DNA of 64,000 nt from a virus. The DNA lies in the IMG/VR virus record IMGVR_UViG_3300022602_000031, positions 96,001-160,000 of that record. One strand, written 5' to 3'. Numbering within the stretch: the stretch's first letter is position 1; each line of letters opens with the position of its first letter. The notes beneath the pieces were generated by a model, which had not been told where the DNA came from, did not search any database, and saw only the letters and a list, made by a program, of their open reading frames with translations. The translations under genes were made by a program, and so were the position numbers. This document shows, one piece after another, positions 9,564 to 20,524 of this stretch.

Positions 9564-12500
9564 ATGGCACTAGTATCCCCAGGAATTCAAATTTCCGTAA
9601 CCGATCAAAGTCAATACGTACCAAATCAGGTCGGTTCAGTACCACTAGTTTTATTAGCTACAGCGCAAGATAAAGCATATAACGGCTCTGTAGCGTCAGG
9701 CACAACCAAAGCCAATGCTGGCAAACTATTAAGTTTTACAAGTCAACGTGACTTAGTAACTGGAATGGGACTTCCAAGTTTCCAGATTAGTTCAGCTGGT
9801 ACACCGGTTAATGCTAGCGAAGTTAGCGAATACGGCTTAATGGCAGCTTACTCAGCATTGGGACTAGGCAATCAATTGTTTGCTATTCGTGCTGATATTG
9901 ACCTAGCACAATTAACCGGCACAGCTAATCGTCCAGTTGGAATGCCAATGGATGGTACATACTGGTTGAATCTAGCAACTACAGAATTTGGTATCTACAG
10001 TTTAAATCGTAACACTGGCGGGTTTGATCATATCGAGCCTTGGTTATTAACAGACCTAACACAATTAACTAATGACACATTTGGTTATTATGGTGGCACT
10101 CCATTTGCTTACCCAAGCAACTCAGTTGGCGCCATCGGCGACTACGCTGTTGTATTTGTAAACGACAGCTCAAGCACAGCAACAACTGATGGATTACCTG
10201 GCACAAGCGCACCAATCCTACGTTTATTCTACAAAGCAGGACGCTATGGTAGTTCTAGCGCAGGTAATTCTGCACTAGGCGTAAGTGTTGATGGTAGCGA
10301 TAATATCACTGGCACATTGTCAAATCAATGGGTTGAAGTTGGTAGCAAAGATTGGCAACGTAGTATTCCTGTATGGCAGTCAAGCAAGATTGATGGTAAC
10401 TTATCAATCCCATCTTCTGGCATTAGTTCAGGTGACACATTGTTTAGTATCAACGGTGTTAATGTTATTGTAAATACAACCAATTTCCCAGGTTGGGTAA
10501 GTGGTGTAGCATATCCATTGACAGCGTCTAGACTAGCTACAGCAATTAATACAGCAAATACTGGTAGCACACACATTACTGGTGTTTATGCTCAGTCAAA
10601 CGGTGGTGTACTATATCTATACGCAACTAGCGCCGCAGACAGTACAGGTGCCAACGCTGGCTTATCTACAGCTGATACCGGCGTACTTGTAACTGGCGGT
10701 AAGATTTCAGGAACTACACTTTTAGGATTGGGTATTCCAACAACTGTTCAAGGTAGCCCATATTTCTTCTACGGTGACTACGCAAGTGCTCCAACTACAT
10801 CTGGTGGCGCATATCAAGGTTGGGGTCTAAGCACAACTGATACAATGCCACGTCCAAGTAGCTCTGTGTGGTGGAAAACTTCTGCTTTAGGTGGCGGTTG
10901 GAATCCGGTGCTTGAGCAATACAGCGCAAGCTCAGACCAATGGACAGCGGTCAGTGCTCCAATGTATCAAAACATTCCTACAGCATTAGCTAGTTTAGAT
11001 CCAACAGGTGGTGGCGTAAGCGTACCAGCTGGTCAGGTTATTGCTGAGTTTTATATCAGCGACAATTCACGTGGTAACAATTTACGTTTCCAGGTTAAAG
11101 GTCAAAGCACATCTGCTTCAGCAACTGGCGGTGTAATTGATTACAACACCAGTGGATTTGCGGCAGCCTTGGCAGCAGACCATAGCCAATACTTTACTGT
11201 AAGTGCTACATATCCAGGATTAGCTTCATTGATTAATTATGGTCTAGTATCTACAGCGGCTAGTGGTACAGCGTGTACTCCAGCAAGTATTGTACAACAA
11301 ATTTTATCATTGAATATTCCTTATGTAACTGCTAGTATTTCAACAACTGGTGGTAGCACAGGAACAATTCCAAGTAGCGAACAACAAACAATTACACTAA
11401 CACATACATTAGGTGGTCAAATTGTATTGACTCCAAGTAACAGTAGCGGTGTAGCATTGGGTAGCCCAAATACATTATTAGGTGACCTAGGTTTCCGTTC
11501 TAATGTTAATCCAGCACTAAATGGTTCTGGTTACTCAGTTAATGCAACAAATGGTAAGGTTATTATCAGTAGTTTCTCAAACATCACTAACGATATTAAT
11601 TACACTACATCAAGCCCATACACAGCACCAGCTGATGGTACATACTGGTACTACAGCAACTTTGCCGATGTAGATATTATGATCAACAACGGCGGTCATT
11701 GGAAAGGTTACAAAAACGTTACTAACGATATCCGTAACTATCCATTGAACCAAACAGATCCAAACGGTGTTATTGTTGCGGCAAGTGCCCCAACAAGTCA
11801 AACAGATGCAACAGCACTAGTAGCCGGTGACATTTGGTTAGACAGCAGTGATTTAGTTAACTATCCTAAATTAAGTCGTTGGGATGGTTCTAAGTGGGTA
11901 GCAATTGATAACACAGACCACGTGACAGCAAACGGTATTATATTTGCTGATGCACGTTGGGACACAAATGGTCAGACTGATGTTATTAACGCCAGCTTCC
12001 CAAGTATTACATCACTATTGACTAGTGACTACTTAGATCAAGACGCACCAGATCCACGTCGTTATCCAAAAGGTACATTGTTGTTTAATACACGTCGTTC
12101 AGGTTTCAACGTTAAACGTTACGTTAAGAACTATTTTAACAATGTTAGCTATCCTAACCCAGGTTCAATCCCAGGTACATCCAATTCATTACCACAAATT
12201 GCTGATGCATGGGTAAGCGACAGCGGTACAGATAGCAAAGGTCGTATGCTAGCAGGTTCTGCCGCGCAACGTGCTATTGTTGTTGCCGCAATGAAATCCG
12301 CAGTTGACTCTAACTTAGATGTTCGTGAAGACAGCTACGCATTTAATATTATTTGCGCTCCTGGTTATCCAGAGTTGATTCCTAATATGGTATCATTAAA
12401 TGATGACCGTAGTGATACAGCGTTTATCATTGGCGACACACCATTGACATTAGGCACAAACATTGTAGATATTACTAACTGGGAAACAGATGCAGATGGT

Positions 12501-13193
12501 TCTGGTTTAGCAACAGCAAGTCCATACTTAGCTGTATACTACCCAGCAGGTTTAACAAACGACTTATCTGGTAACGCAGTTGTAGTCCCAGCTAGCCACG
12601 CTGTTCTACGTACATTCTTGTACAGCGACAATGTAAGCTATCCTTGGTTTGCTCCAGCTGGTGTAAACCGTGGCTTGGTAAGTAACCTAAGCGATGTTGG
12701 TTATGTTAATGCCGCAACTGGTACATTTGTACACAATGCTGTTAATCAAGGCTTACGTGATGCGCTTTACAATTTAAAACTTAACCCAATTACTCAACTA
12801 CCTAACGTTGGTTTAGTAGTTTGGGGTCAAGAAACACGCAGTGGTGATAGTACAGCACGTAATCGTGTAAACGTAGTACGTTTAGAAAACTACTTACGTA
12901 CAATCTTCAAGCGTGTAAGTAATGGTTACTTGTTTGAACCTAACGATACAATTACTCGTAAGAGTATCGCAAGTCAAATTGAAAGTGCGTTACACGACCT
13001 ATTGAGCAAGCGCGGTTTGTATGACTTCTTGGTAATTTGTGATACAAGCAATAACACATCAAGCACAATCGCTAATAATCAATTGTTTGTTGATGTAGCA
13101 ATTGAGCCAATGAAGGATGTCGAGTTTATCTACATTCCAATAGCATTGTATAACCCAGGTGCTATCGCAACCTTGGGCCAACAGTCAACCTAA
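9564..13193 (+). CDS. Tail sheath protein (T4 gp18-like) with large insertion
   Basis: MALVSPGIQISVTDQS start; C-terminal WFAPAGVNRG, GQET...RVNVVRL, FEPND...YDFLVICDTSNN motifs; TAAATA at 9526-31. Confidence 0.92.
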   Translation: MALVSPGIQISVTDQSQYVPNQVGSVPLVLLATAQDKAYNGSVASGTTKANAGKLLSFTSQRDLVTGMGLPSFQISSAGTPVNASEVSEYGLMAAYSALGLGNQLFAIRADIDLAQLTGTANRPVGMPMDGTYWLNLATTEFGIYSLNRNTGGFDHIEPWLLTDLTQLTNDTFGYYGGTPFAYPSNSVGAIGDYAVVFVNDSSSTATTDGLPGTSAPILRLFYKAGRYGSSSAGNSALGVSVDGSDNITGTLSNQWVEVGSKDWQRSIPVWQSSKIDGNLSIPSSGISSGDTLFSINGVNVIVNTTNFPGWVSGVAYPLTASRLATAINTANTGSTHITGVYAQSNGGVLYLYATSAADSTGANAGLSTADTGVLVTGGKISGTTLLGLGIPTTVQGSPYFFYGDYASAPTTSGGAYQGWGLSTTDTMPRPSSSVWWKTSALGGGWNPVLEQYSASSDQWTAVSAPMYQNIPTALASLDPTGGGVSVPAGQVIAEFYISDNSRGNNLRFQVKGQSTSASATGGVIDYNTSGFAAALAADHSQYFTVSATYPGLASLINYGLVSTAASGTACTPASIVQQILSLNIPYVTASISTTGGSTGTIPSSEQQTITLTHTLGGQIVLTPSNSSGVALGSPNTLLGDLGFRSNVNPALNGSGYSVNATNGKVIISSFSNITNDINYTTSSPYTAPADGTYWYYSNFADVDIMINNGGHWKGYKNVTNDIRNYPLNQTDPNGVIVAASAPTSQTDATALVAGDIWLDSSDLVNYPKLSRWDGSKWVAIDNTDHVTANGIIFADARWDTNGQTDVINASFPSITSLLTSDYLDQDAPDPRRYPKGTLLFNTRRSGFNVKRYVKNYFNNVSYPNPGSIPGTSNSLPQIADAWVSDSGTDSKGRMLAGSAAQRAIVVAAMKSAVDSNLDVREDSYAFNIICAPGYPELIPNMVSLNDDRSDTAFIIGDTPLTLGTNIVDITNWETDADGSGLATASPYLAVYYPAGLTNDLSGNAVVVPASHAVLRTFLYSDNVSYPWFAPAGVNRGLVSNLSDVGYVNAATGTFVHNAVNQGLRDALYNLKLNPITQLPNVGLVVWGQETRSGDSTARNRVNVVRLENYLRTIFKRVSNGYLFEPNDTITRKSIASQIESALHDLLSKRGLYDFLVICDTSNNTSSTIANNQLFVDVAIEPMKDVEFIYIPIALYNPGAIATLGQQST

Positions 13194-13226
13194 GAATATA
13201 GATAAATAAGAATATAGGAGAATAAC

Positions 13227-13841
13227 ATGGCCGTAGCAAGTTTAAGTAAATTTACAGTACCATTGGCAAACAATCAAAGCCCTGACAACCAGGGCTTGTT
13301 GATGCCAAAACTCAAATATCGTTTCCGTGCGACATTTGTTAGTTTTGGTGCTACAGGGACAGGTACAACAGAGCTAACAAAACAGGTTCAGGATATCAAA
13401 CGTCCTAACGTAAACTTTAACCCAATTACTATTGATGTTTACAACAGTAAGGTGTTCTTACAAGGTAAACCAGAATGGCAAGAGACTACAGTTTCATTAC
13501 GTGATGACAGCTCTGGTGCAGTAAGCAAGTTGGTTGGACAACAAATCCAGAAGCAATTTGATTTCTTAGAGCAAGCTAGTGCTCCAAGTGGTATCAACTA
13601 CAAGTTCCAATTGGAGTTTGATATGTTGGATGGTGGTAACGGCGCTATTGCTCCAACAGTACTTGAATCTTGGGTACTTGATGGTTGTTTCCTAAGTCAG
13701 GTTGACTATGGAGACATGGCTTATAACTCAAGTGATCCTGCATTGATTACACTAAACATTAAATTTGATAACGCGACACAAACTTATGGTACAGCTGGTT
13801 CTAATTGGCCAACTAATACCCCAGGCGATACAGTTAACTAA
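13227..13841 (+). CDS. Tail tube protein (T4 gp19-like)
   Basis: Follows the sheath gene; LMPKLKYRFR...GKPEWQETTVSLRDD...W.LDGCF...I.FDNA. Confidence 0.85.
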   Translation: MAVASLSKFTVPLANNQSPDNQGLLMPKLKYRFRATFVSFGATGTGTTELTKQVQDIKRPNVNFNPITIDVYNSKVFLQGKPEWQETTVSLRDDSSGAVSKLVGQQIQKQFDFLEQASAPSGINYKFQLEFDMLDGGNGAIAPTVLESWVLDGCFLSQVDYGDMAYNSSDPALITLNIKFDNATQTYGTAGSNWPTNTPGDTVN

Positions 13842-13862
13842 TTTAAACGAAAATTTAAAACA

Positions 13863-13889
13863 GCCCGGCTTAAAACACCGGGTTTTTTT
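13863..13889 (+). terminator. Intrinsic terminator after the tube gene
   Basis: GCCCGG-loop-CCGGGT followed by a T-run. Confidence 0.75.
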
Positions 13890-13906
13890 ATGAGATAAAT
13901 ATTGTT

Positions 13907-15496
13907 ATGGCCTTACAAAACACTACGCTTCGCAGTTACCAACACGCTAGTCGAATTTTTACTGATGGTAATTTCCGACTAAGCCCCAAGTACGGTTTTC
14001 TATTTTATGTTGAATTTGATTTTAATCCGTTAATTACTAGTGTTAGCAATAACGCCGCCCAAGAACTTGGAATGATTGTTAAAACGGTATCGTTACCAAA
14101 ATTTACAGTCGATCATAAAATACAAAATGCCTACAATCGTGTAAACATCAGTCAGCATAAAATTAAATACGATCCGGTACAAATTACATTCCACGATGAC
14201 CAGGCCGACGTGGTTCGTAATTTTTGGTATGACTATTATAGTTTTTACTACAGAGACAGTGACTACGCTGATGCAACATATCAAGGTATAAGCAAATATC
14301 AACGCCGCCCAACATTTGATTGGGGATATAGTCTTCGTCCAACACTAGGCAAATATGTTAGTAGTGGGCAATACCAACCCTACCAATATATTCAGGGTAT
14401 TCGAATTTATAGTTTATATCAAAAAAACTTTAGCGAATATCAGTTAGTTAATCCAACAATTATTAGTTTTAGTCACGGTGAACATAACCAGGCAGACAAT
14501 AATGGCCTAGTACAACACTCAATGAGTATTCAATTTGAAACAGTAAAGTATCTAACTGGCTATACAACAGGAAGCACAGCTGGCGGATATATAGACTTAC
14601 ACTACGACAATACCCCAAGTCCAAATGCCAATGGTCAAAATGTAAATCAGATAGCTGATGACATGGGCGGAACAGTACAGACTTCAACTGACGTTATAGA
14701 TTTAGCATATACTAATCCGTTAACTGATCCATTGAGAGGATTTAGTAATGGTATATCAATGGGCATTAATGCTGTTGGCGGACAAGGCGGGGCTTTATCT
14801 TTTGGTCAGGCATTTCAATCTGCTACAAATCAATCTGGTGCCAATGGTGCCGGTGGTGGCTTTAATATTCCAACCCTAGGTAGTTTAACACAAGGCGCAA
14901 CAAACGCAAGTCTGGTTGCCGCACAGCTACAAACAGCCGCATCAACAATAGCTGGTACTGTTACAGCTAATTTTGCCAATGGTGTTGTAGGCGGTATTGC
15001 TAAAGGACTTGGTCCACAGGGAGGCGCTATTGTTGGCGGTATTGCTAGTGCTATTATCAATCCTAAGGCCGCATTAGCCGCAGTTGAAAATATTGCGGTA
15101 ACCTATGTAACACAAAAAGTTGCACAGTGGGCTATTAACACCACTACACCGTATATAAATGATTTATCAAATGCTATTGCTAAAGGTGTTAATAATTATA
15201 TTACTCAACCAATTACATCAGCTTTTGGAGATGTGTCATCATACGCATCAGCACAATACCAGGCTTTTGTTGGCGGCGGAACTGTTGTAAATTCTGTTGG
15301 TGCTAGTGGAGCATCTTATGTTGCAGTTGGCCCTGGCGATATACTAGGCTCTCAAGATTATGCATTAGGTCTTGCCGCAGGCGGAGCAACATCGGAACAA
15401 ATTTCTACTTCACTACAAACTCTTGGGTTTGATCCAGCGATTGCTGATTTATATGGCTACCAGGCTGTTAACATTGGCTCATTTGTTAACCTTTAA
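13907..15496 (+). CDS. Baseplate-tube junction / tube-initiator-like protein with Gly/Ala-rich C-terminus
   Basis: Tube-like N-terminal half (VKTVSLPKFTV...YDPVQITFHDD); TAAATA at 13896-901. Confidence 0.5.
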   Translation: MALQNTTLRSYQHASRIFTDGNFRLSPKYGFLFYVEFDFNPLITSVSNNAAQELGMIVKTVSLPKFTVDHKIQNAYNRVNISQHKIKYDPVQITFHDDQADVVRNFWYDYYSFYYRDSDYADATYQGISKYQRRPTFDWGYSLRPTLGKYVSSGQYQPYQYIQGIRIYSLYQKNFSEYQLVNPTIISFSHGEHNQADNNGLVQHSMSIQFETVKYLTGYTTGSTAGGYIDLHYDNTPSPNANGQNVNQIADDMGGTVQTSTDVIDLAYTNPLTDPLRGFSNGISMGINAVGGQGGALSFGQAFQSATNQSGANGAGGGFNIPTLGSLTQGATNASLVAAQLQTAASTIAGTVTANFANGVVGGIAKGLGPQGGAIVGGIASAIINPKAALAAVENIAVTYVTQKVAQWAINTTTPYINDLSNAIAKGVNNYITQPITSAFGDVSSYASAQYQAFVGGGTVVNSVGASGASYVAVGPGDILGSQDYALGLAAGGATSEQISTSLQTLGFDPAIADLYGYQAVNIGSFVNL

Positions 15497-15499
15497 TCT

Positions 15500-15889
15500 A
15501 TGAATACAAATACCACTTCGGCAACAAACATATCTGGCCCAAATGCCAGTAGTGCCTCTAATTTAGATACTAATCAGTATTTTACAAATTTATATACAAT
15601 TGATCTAAGCATTGGCCCTGACACAAATGATGCGTTAGTGGCATTTTTTCAAGAGTACACTGGTAATAAAATTGCTGGACAAAATTTAGCCGGCACAGTA
15701 TTGTACACCGCCAAGGCTCAAAATTTAAATCCAATGTTGGTCTTGGACAATTTTCAAAAATTGCCTAAAGATCAAATGAATAGTTATTTGTTGGCTTTTT
15801 TAAATTCAACACGAGTGCCGACTAGCGCACTAGGTATCAAGACTACCAGTTCAACTAGTTCGTTCATTAAACGAACAATCTTATTATGA
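15500..15889 (+). CDS. Hypothetical virion-region protein
   Basis: 129-aa ORF, coupled to the next gene. Confidence 0.6.
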   Translation: MNTNTTSATNISGPNASSASNLDTNQYFTNLYTIDLSIGPDTNDALVAFFQEYTGNKIAGQNLAGTVLYTAKAQNLNPMLVLDNFQKLPKDQMNSYLLAFLNSTRVPTSALGIKTTSSTSSFIKRTILL

Positions 15890-16317
15890 GTAAATATTCC
15901 CAAGGAAAATATCAAATAATTAACCCAGCCAAATACGTAGGTAACAAAAGTCCAACGTATCGGTCTAGCTGGGAGTTAGTGTTTATGCAATTCTGCGACA
16001 ACAATCCTAGCGTATTACAATGGGCTAGCGAAGCAGTACACATTAACTATCGTAATCCATTGACTGGCAAAAATACTATATATGTTCCAGACTTTTTAAT
16101 TACCTATATAGATGCTCGTGGCCAACAACACGCAGAAGTGATTGAAGTTAAACCCACAAAAGAAACTAACCTAGTTGAAGCTGGCAAAAACCCACGCAAC
16201 CAAGCCGCGGCTATACTTAATATGGCCAAATGGGAATCAGCCAAAGCCTGGTGCCAGGCACAGGGACTAAAGTTTCGTGTTGTTACGGAAAATGATATAT
16301 TCCACATGGGTCGATAG
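15886..16317 (+). CDS. Head completion nuclease (T4 gp4-like, TnsA-N fold)
   Basis: YRSSWELVFMQFCDNNPSVLQWASE...YVPDF...IEVKP...KWESAKAWC. Confidence 0.9.
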   Translation: MSKYSQGKYQIINPAKYVGNKSPTYRSSWELVFMQFCDNNPSVLQWASEAVHINYRNPLTGKNTIYVPDFLITYIDARGQQHAEVIEVKPTKETNLVEAGKNPRNQAAAILNMAKWESAKAWCQAQGLKFRVVTENDIFHMGR

Positions 16318-16328
16318 TTAAATACTAT

Positions 16329-16817
16329 ATGACCAAGAAATTAGAAGAACTTTTCAATCTCCCATCTGCGGATGCTACTCCAGAAGAAACTGAGCAAACT
16401 ATTGCTGAACATCGCGAACTAATTACGGATGTTGATCAGGCCATAGATAAAATTGATGCGGCTCTACCCACAGTCAATGACCTAGACACAGGTGACAATG
16501 AGCTAGATGAACTAGCTAAACTAGCACAAAGCAAAGCTGAGGATCTTATTGATTTGGGTATGAACGTTGAACCACGCTTTTCGGGTGTTATTCTACAAAC
16601 AGCTGGGGTGATGCTAGGACACGCTATTACAGCTAAAACTGCTAAACTAGACAAAAAACTAAAAATGGTACAGCTACAGTTAGCTAAAGCCAAATTAGAT
16701 CATCAAATTAAAAAAGACACTAAAGATCCAGTTGAAGAAGCTGTAGAAGGACACGGCGTTGTACTAGATCGTAATGAATTATTAAAACAGATACTCAGCA
16801 ACAAGCAGAGCAAATAA
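16329..16817 (+). CDS. Helical hypothetical protein (possibly terminase small subunit-like)
   Basis: Helical/coiled-coil composition, late-type TAAATA at 16319-24, near terL. The function is inferred only. Confidence 0.45.
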   Translation: MTKKLEELFNLPSADATPEETEQTIAEHRELITDVDQAIDKIDAALPTVNDLDTGDNELDELAKLAQSKAEDLIDLGMNVEPRFSGVILQTAGVMLGHAITAKTAKLDKKLKMVQLQLAKAKLDHQIKKDTKDPVEEAVEGHGVVLDRNELLKQILSNKQSK

Positions 16818-16852
16818 TGCAATCTGTATAAATATACAATAATAGGATTATA

Positions 16853-17440
16853 ATGATGAAACCATTCCAATCATACATTTTTGAAATTAATAAGCCATAC
16901 GAATTTCGTATTAAGATGGCAACCGTTAATCCAAGTAGTGTAATGGACCAAATTAAAAACGCACTAGATACATATCAGCTAGAAAGTGTTAGTGCTGTTA
17001 AAAGTATACCAATTCAGGAGCATCGCGAATTCCCACAATGGGGTCCTTGCGAGTGCTGGCAGTTTGATGTTAAAGTTGCTTATCCAGTAACTGTTCCACA
17101 AATCCGCCAGACATTAAAAGAACGTGCCCAGTTAAATCCAGACTGGTTAGCCGTGCGTAATCTAAATGAAGCCATTGACACCGAAGAAGCAGAAGCTCTT
17201 GGCCAAGACCATGATGGTGCTTTATTAGATGAAGAAGAATTAAAAGATGCACCAGGTGCACAAGAACTAGCAGGCCAGAGTCGCATCGGCAGTCTATTAA
17301 AAGAATTAGAATCACGTAAATTTGAATTTGCTGAAAACAGTAATGAAGCAGGCAAAACAACCAACGATGCTCCAATGAGCGATAAGAGTCCAGTTGGAAC
17401 AACACAAAATGTAGTATATCGCAAACCCAAAGGCAATTAA
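16853..17440 (+). CDS. Hypothetical late protein
   Basis: 195-aa ORF; TATAAATA at 16827-34. Confidence 0.65.
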   Translation: MMKPFQSYIFEINKPYEFRIKMATVNPSSVMDQIKNALDTYQLESVSAVKSIPIQEHREFPQWGPCECWQFDVKVAYPVTVPQIRQTLKERAQLNPDWLAVRNLNEAIDTEEAEALGQDHDGALLDEEELKDAPGAQELAGQSRIGSLLKELESRKFEFAENSNEAGKTTNDAPMSDKSPVGTTQNVVYRKPKGN

Positions 17441-17441
17441 A

Positions 17442-19268
17442 ATGAGCAAGAACCATCCACACGATAATATCTATAGCATCCTAGGCAAGTTGGAAGCACT
17501 ACAACCAACTCCACAAGAACGTCACAATGCTAAAGTACAACAGATCCGCGAAAGCGTCGAAAGTCAAGGTTCTATCCTTAAAGGTCTACGTGATGTTAGT
17601 TCAGTTGAACAACGTCTAGCTCGACAGTTTGCTGAAAGCCAAGTTAACGAAAAAGCAGTTAGCCAAGCTCAACAAAAGTTTATGGGTATGGTTCATGCCG
17701 CACAAAAAGGTGCAAAGGCCGCAAGTCCAGAAGTTGCTAAAGTTGCTAAGTCAATGGGCAAAAAAGATGCTCGTGATTTTGCCGCTACTAAGCACAAAGG
17801 TTTGCCACAGCACGTTAAAGAAAAATATGATCCAGTTAAGGCAGTTAAACAATGCGCCAAAAACTATATGGATGAATTTGGCTATGATAGTGTAAATCAA
17901 TTGGAAGCAGAAGACATTGAATCCATTGGTATGGATTGCCAAATGAATTATCAAGACGTTTGCGAAATTTTAGGTATTCAACTACCTGATAGTTTAGGTC
18001 CAGTTAAGTCATATGGTCCAAACAAACATGGCAACATTGTTGATTTTGAAGAAAGTACTTGTAATGAGTGCGGTATGTGTGAAAGCGAATGTAGTTGTGA
18101 CCATACCAACGAAGGCGAAACAAAACACAAAGACGGTGTTACTCGTCATACTAAAACAGATTATCCTGGATACCCAAGTAGTGATCTAGAAAAAGATGAC
18201 GACAGCGATGCTCCAACAAGCAAGGGCGGCAAAGGTCGCCCACGTAAAGCACAAACTAAAAAGCCACGTCCATCTGGCGAACGTGCTGGTATTACGGGTC
18301 GCCCAAAGAAAGACGCTGGCGAAAAGAGCGCAGACAATTTACCGTTCTCTAGCAAAAACAAAATAGGGCATGACCCATTTGGTCGTGTCAAATCTGGTGC
18401 TGAGAAAAAAGGTTCTAAAATCAAAGGTAAAAAGCATACTATGAGCGAAAGTATCATGGAAAGCGTTAACTTTAAACGTATGATGGAAGAACAACATATG
18501 ACTCTAGACGAAATGCTAGAGTGTATGAATACTGATATTGCTATGTTTAAAGAAAGTGGTGTATGTTCTGATCGTCTACGCGATATGATGGAAGTATACG
18601 CACACGCTAAACGTCAAATGGAAGAAACAATCGACCCAACTAATCCACGTGATTATGAAATCCCAACTGTTATGCGTAAGGCAGCTGGACAGGCTCCATT
18701 GACACGTCAAGATATCATTAACAAAGATCGCAAGCCAGAGTTTGATTATCATCAACGTGCTCACGGTACACCACATCCAGACTCATTAGATGCTGAATTA
18801 AATGAACTAGCAAAATTAGCTGGATTATCATTGGCCGACGAAGGTAATGCTTTTACAGGTAAACTAAAAGCTACACCTAAAGGTGAAAAATTTGATCTAG
18901 ACGGTAAAGAGTATACTGATACAAGTAGTCTTGATGAAGAACCAAACGAAGGTAACGCATTTGGCGCCGCAGTAGCTAAAGCCAAAGCCGATGGTATTCA
19001 ACCTGGTGAAAAAGTTGAAGTTGGTGGCAAAGAGTATCCAGTTAAAGAAGGTACCATTGAAGTTGATGACGCTGGTGCAAATCCAGTAAACAAGCCAAAG
19101 CCAAAGTATGGCAATATCAAGCAAATTAAATCACAAGGTGATGATTTAAACCGTGAAAAGAAACAAGACCCACGTACAGCAAACCGTGCCGCTAACCCAT
19201 TAACTAATGTTCCAACATTAGAAGCTCGTTTGGCAGCCGAGTACGAGAGTATTAAAAAATCAGCCTAA
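17442..19268 (+). CDS. Low-complexity Glu/Lys-rich probable internal head/scaffold protein
   Basis: Internal repeat EGNAF...GEK....GKEY (twice), many L/I-x-E sites, LAKLAGL motif. Confidence 0.55.
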   Translation: MSKNHPHDNIYSILGKLEALQPTPQERHNAKVQQIRESVESQGSILKGLRDVSSVEQRLARQFAESQVNEKAVSQAQQKFMGMVHAAQKGAKAASPEVAKVAKSMGKKDARDFAATKHKGLPQHVKEKYDPVKAVKQCAKNYMDEFGYDSVNQLEAEDIESIGMDCQMNYQDVCEILGIQLPDSLGPVKSYGPNKHGNIVDFEESTCNECGMCESECSCDHTNEGETKHKDGVTRHTKTDYPGYPSSDLEKDDDSDAPTSKGGKGRPRKAQTKKPRPSGERAGITGRPKKDAGEKSADNLPFSSKNKIGHDPFGRVKSGAEKKGSKIKGKKHTMSESIMESVNFKRMMEEQHMTLDEMLECMNTDIAMFKESGVCSDRLRDMMEVYAHAKRQMEETIDPTNPRDYEIPTVMRKAAGQAPLTRQDIINKDRKPEFDYHQRAHGTPHPDSLDAELNELAKLAGLSLADEGNAFTGKLKATPKGEKFDLDGKEYTDTSSLDEEPNEGNAFGAAVAKAKADGIQPGEKVEVGGKEYPVKEGTIEVDDAGANPVNKPKPKYGNIKQIKSQGDDLNREKKQDPRTANRAANPLTNVPTLEARLAAEYESIKKSA

Positions 19269-19630
19269 TGAAAATAACTGAAATTATTTCTGAAAGCACT
19301 ATCCCGGACGATCAGTTATCTGCCGCGCCCGGGATGAAGGTTCACCCAGAACTACAAAGTTCAGATCCATATATGGCATTTAAGTTTGGTATTAATTTAG
19401 CCGCTAGTCCGTTTACAGATCAAAAGGCTGATTTAGATGGACCAGTTGGACAGCAATTAATTACTGTAGCCTATACTGACGCCTGTGAAAAAATAATCGA
19501 TGCCGCTGAAAAAGCGCACGGAACACAGAGCAAACGTATAAATCCGCGTGGTAGTCAAGAAAATCCTGATGTACATAAAGTTAGTCCACATCGTACAGTC
19601 GGCGCAATTACCCTTATTAAGAAAAAATGA
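19268..19630 (+). CDS. Hypothetical (probable internal head) protein
   Basis: Starts MKITEIISES; coupled to the previous ORF. Confidence 0.6.
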   Translation: MKITEIISESTIPDDQLSAAPGMKVHPELQSSDPYMAFKFGINLAASPFTDQKADLDGPVGQQLITVAYTDACEKIIDAAEKAHGTQSKRINPRGSQENPDVHKVSPHRTVGAITLIKKK

Positions 19631-20016
19631 AAGAATATCGCATAACCAGCGCAAACTTTGTATTGCCTGGTGAAACCGGTGACACCGATGCGGTTATGGA
19701 CTCTCACGATTTAGCTGAGATCAAACGTCTAGCAGGTATTACAGGACTGTTAGAATCTGGCGCCGGAATGTATGCTGGAGTTGATGTACCACAGGCCAGC
19801 GAAGAAGGTATTATGAGTCCAATGGGCAGTAATATCAGTGTTACAGCACAAGAGCGCAACGAACTATTAAAAGAATATCACGCACAACCAGGCACTGATT
19901 TATGGTTCCTGATTAACTTTACCCGTCCGTACCTAAACGGAAGCCTGAGAGCTCACGTGGAAGCGTATTTAAAGGAACATCCTGAATATCGCCCACAGAA
20001 ATATCCGGGTTCTTAA
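19627..20016 (+). CDS. Hypothetical protein with IKRLAGI motif
   Basis: 129-aa ORF; ATGA overlap with the previous gene. Confidence 0.6.
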   Translation: MKEYRITSANFVLPGETGDTDAVMDSHDLAEIKRLAGITGLLESGAGMYAGVDVPQASEEGIMSPMGSNISVTAQERNELLKEYHAQPGTDLWFLINFTRPYLNGSLRAHVEAYLKEHPEYRPQKYPGS

Positions 20017-20524
20017 TTCCAAGATAATTATACCAACTAGCATTAGGCACAGTAATGGGCCTATGTCGCCACTTATTGGCCAGACTATAGTAGTCGGGTT
20101 TATAAGGTTTACGCAACGGTCTATGCAGTTTGCTACCTTTAGACCAATTACAAGGTTTACAACAAGTAACAGTATTTTCCCAATTGGTTTTACCGCCAGC
20201 CATACGAGGAATAACGTGATCAATAGTTAGGTCGTGATGATCAAATACTTCATTACAATATTGACAGGTGTATAGATCGCGTAAGTATAAGTTACTACGA
20301 CTAAACTTAACTGCTTTTTTGTAGTTAAAGTATTCTTTGGTTACGCACACGCTTGGTACAGGTATTTCTAACTTTTCGCTACGTACAACCCAATTGTCGT
20401 AGGTTTCAAGAATAGAAACTCGTTCTAAGAAGTATAATTTGATAGCGTGTTGCCAACTAACGACACTTAAAGGAAGTACGCTAATTGGCTCGTAATTTTG
20501 ATTTAACAGTAATGTGTTTGACAT
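19919..20524 (-). CDS. HNH endonuclease (McrA-like)
   Basis: RDLYTCQYC...LTIDHVIPRMAGGKTNWENTVTCCKPCNWSKG. Confidence 0.92.
   Translation of the reverse strand: MSNTLLLNQNYEPISVLPLSVVSWQHAIKLYFLERVSILETYDNWVVRSEKLEIPVPSVCVTKEYFNYKKAVKFSRSNLYLRDLYTCQYCNEVFDHHDLTIDHVIPRMAGGKTNWENTVTCCKPCNWSKGSKLHRPLRKPYKPDYYSLANKWRHRPITVPNASWYNYLGIKNPDISVGDIQDVPLNTLPRELSGFRLGTDG

Noticed and set aside
18055-18105. CNECGMCESECSC as a second RiPP core
   Set aside because: It is a short motif embedded in a 608-aa late protein with no adjacent maturase; more likely a metal-binding segment.
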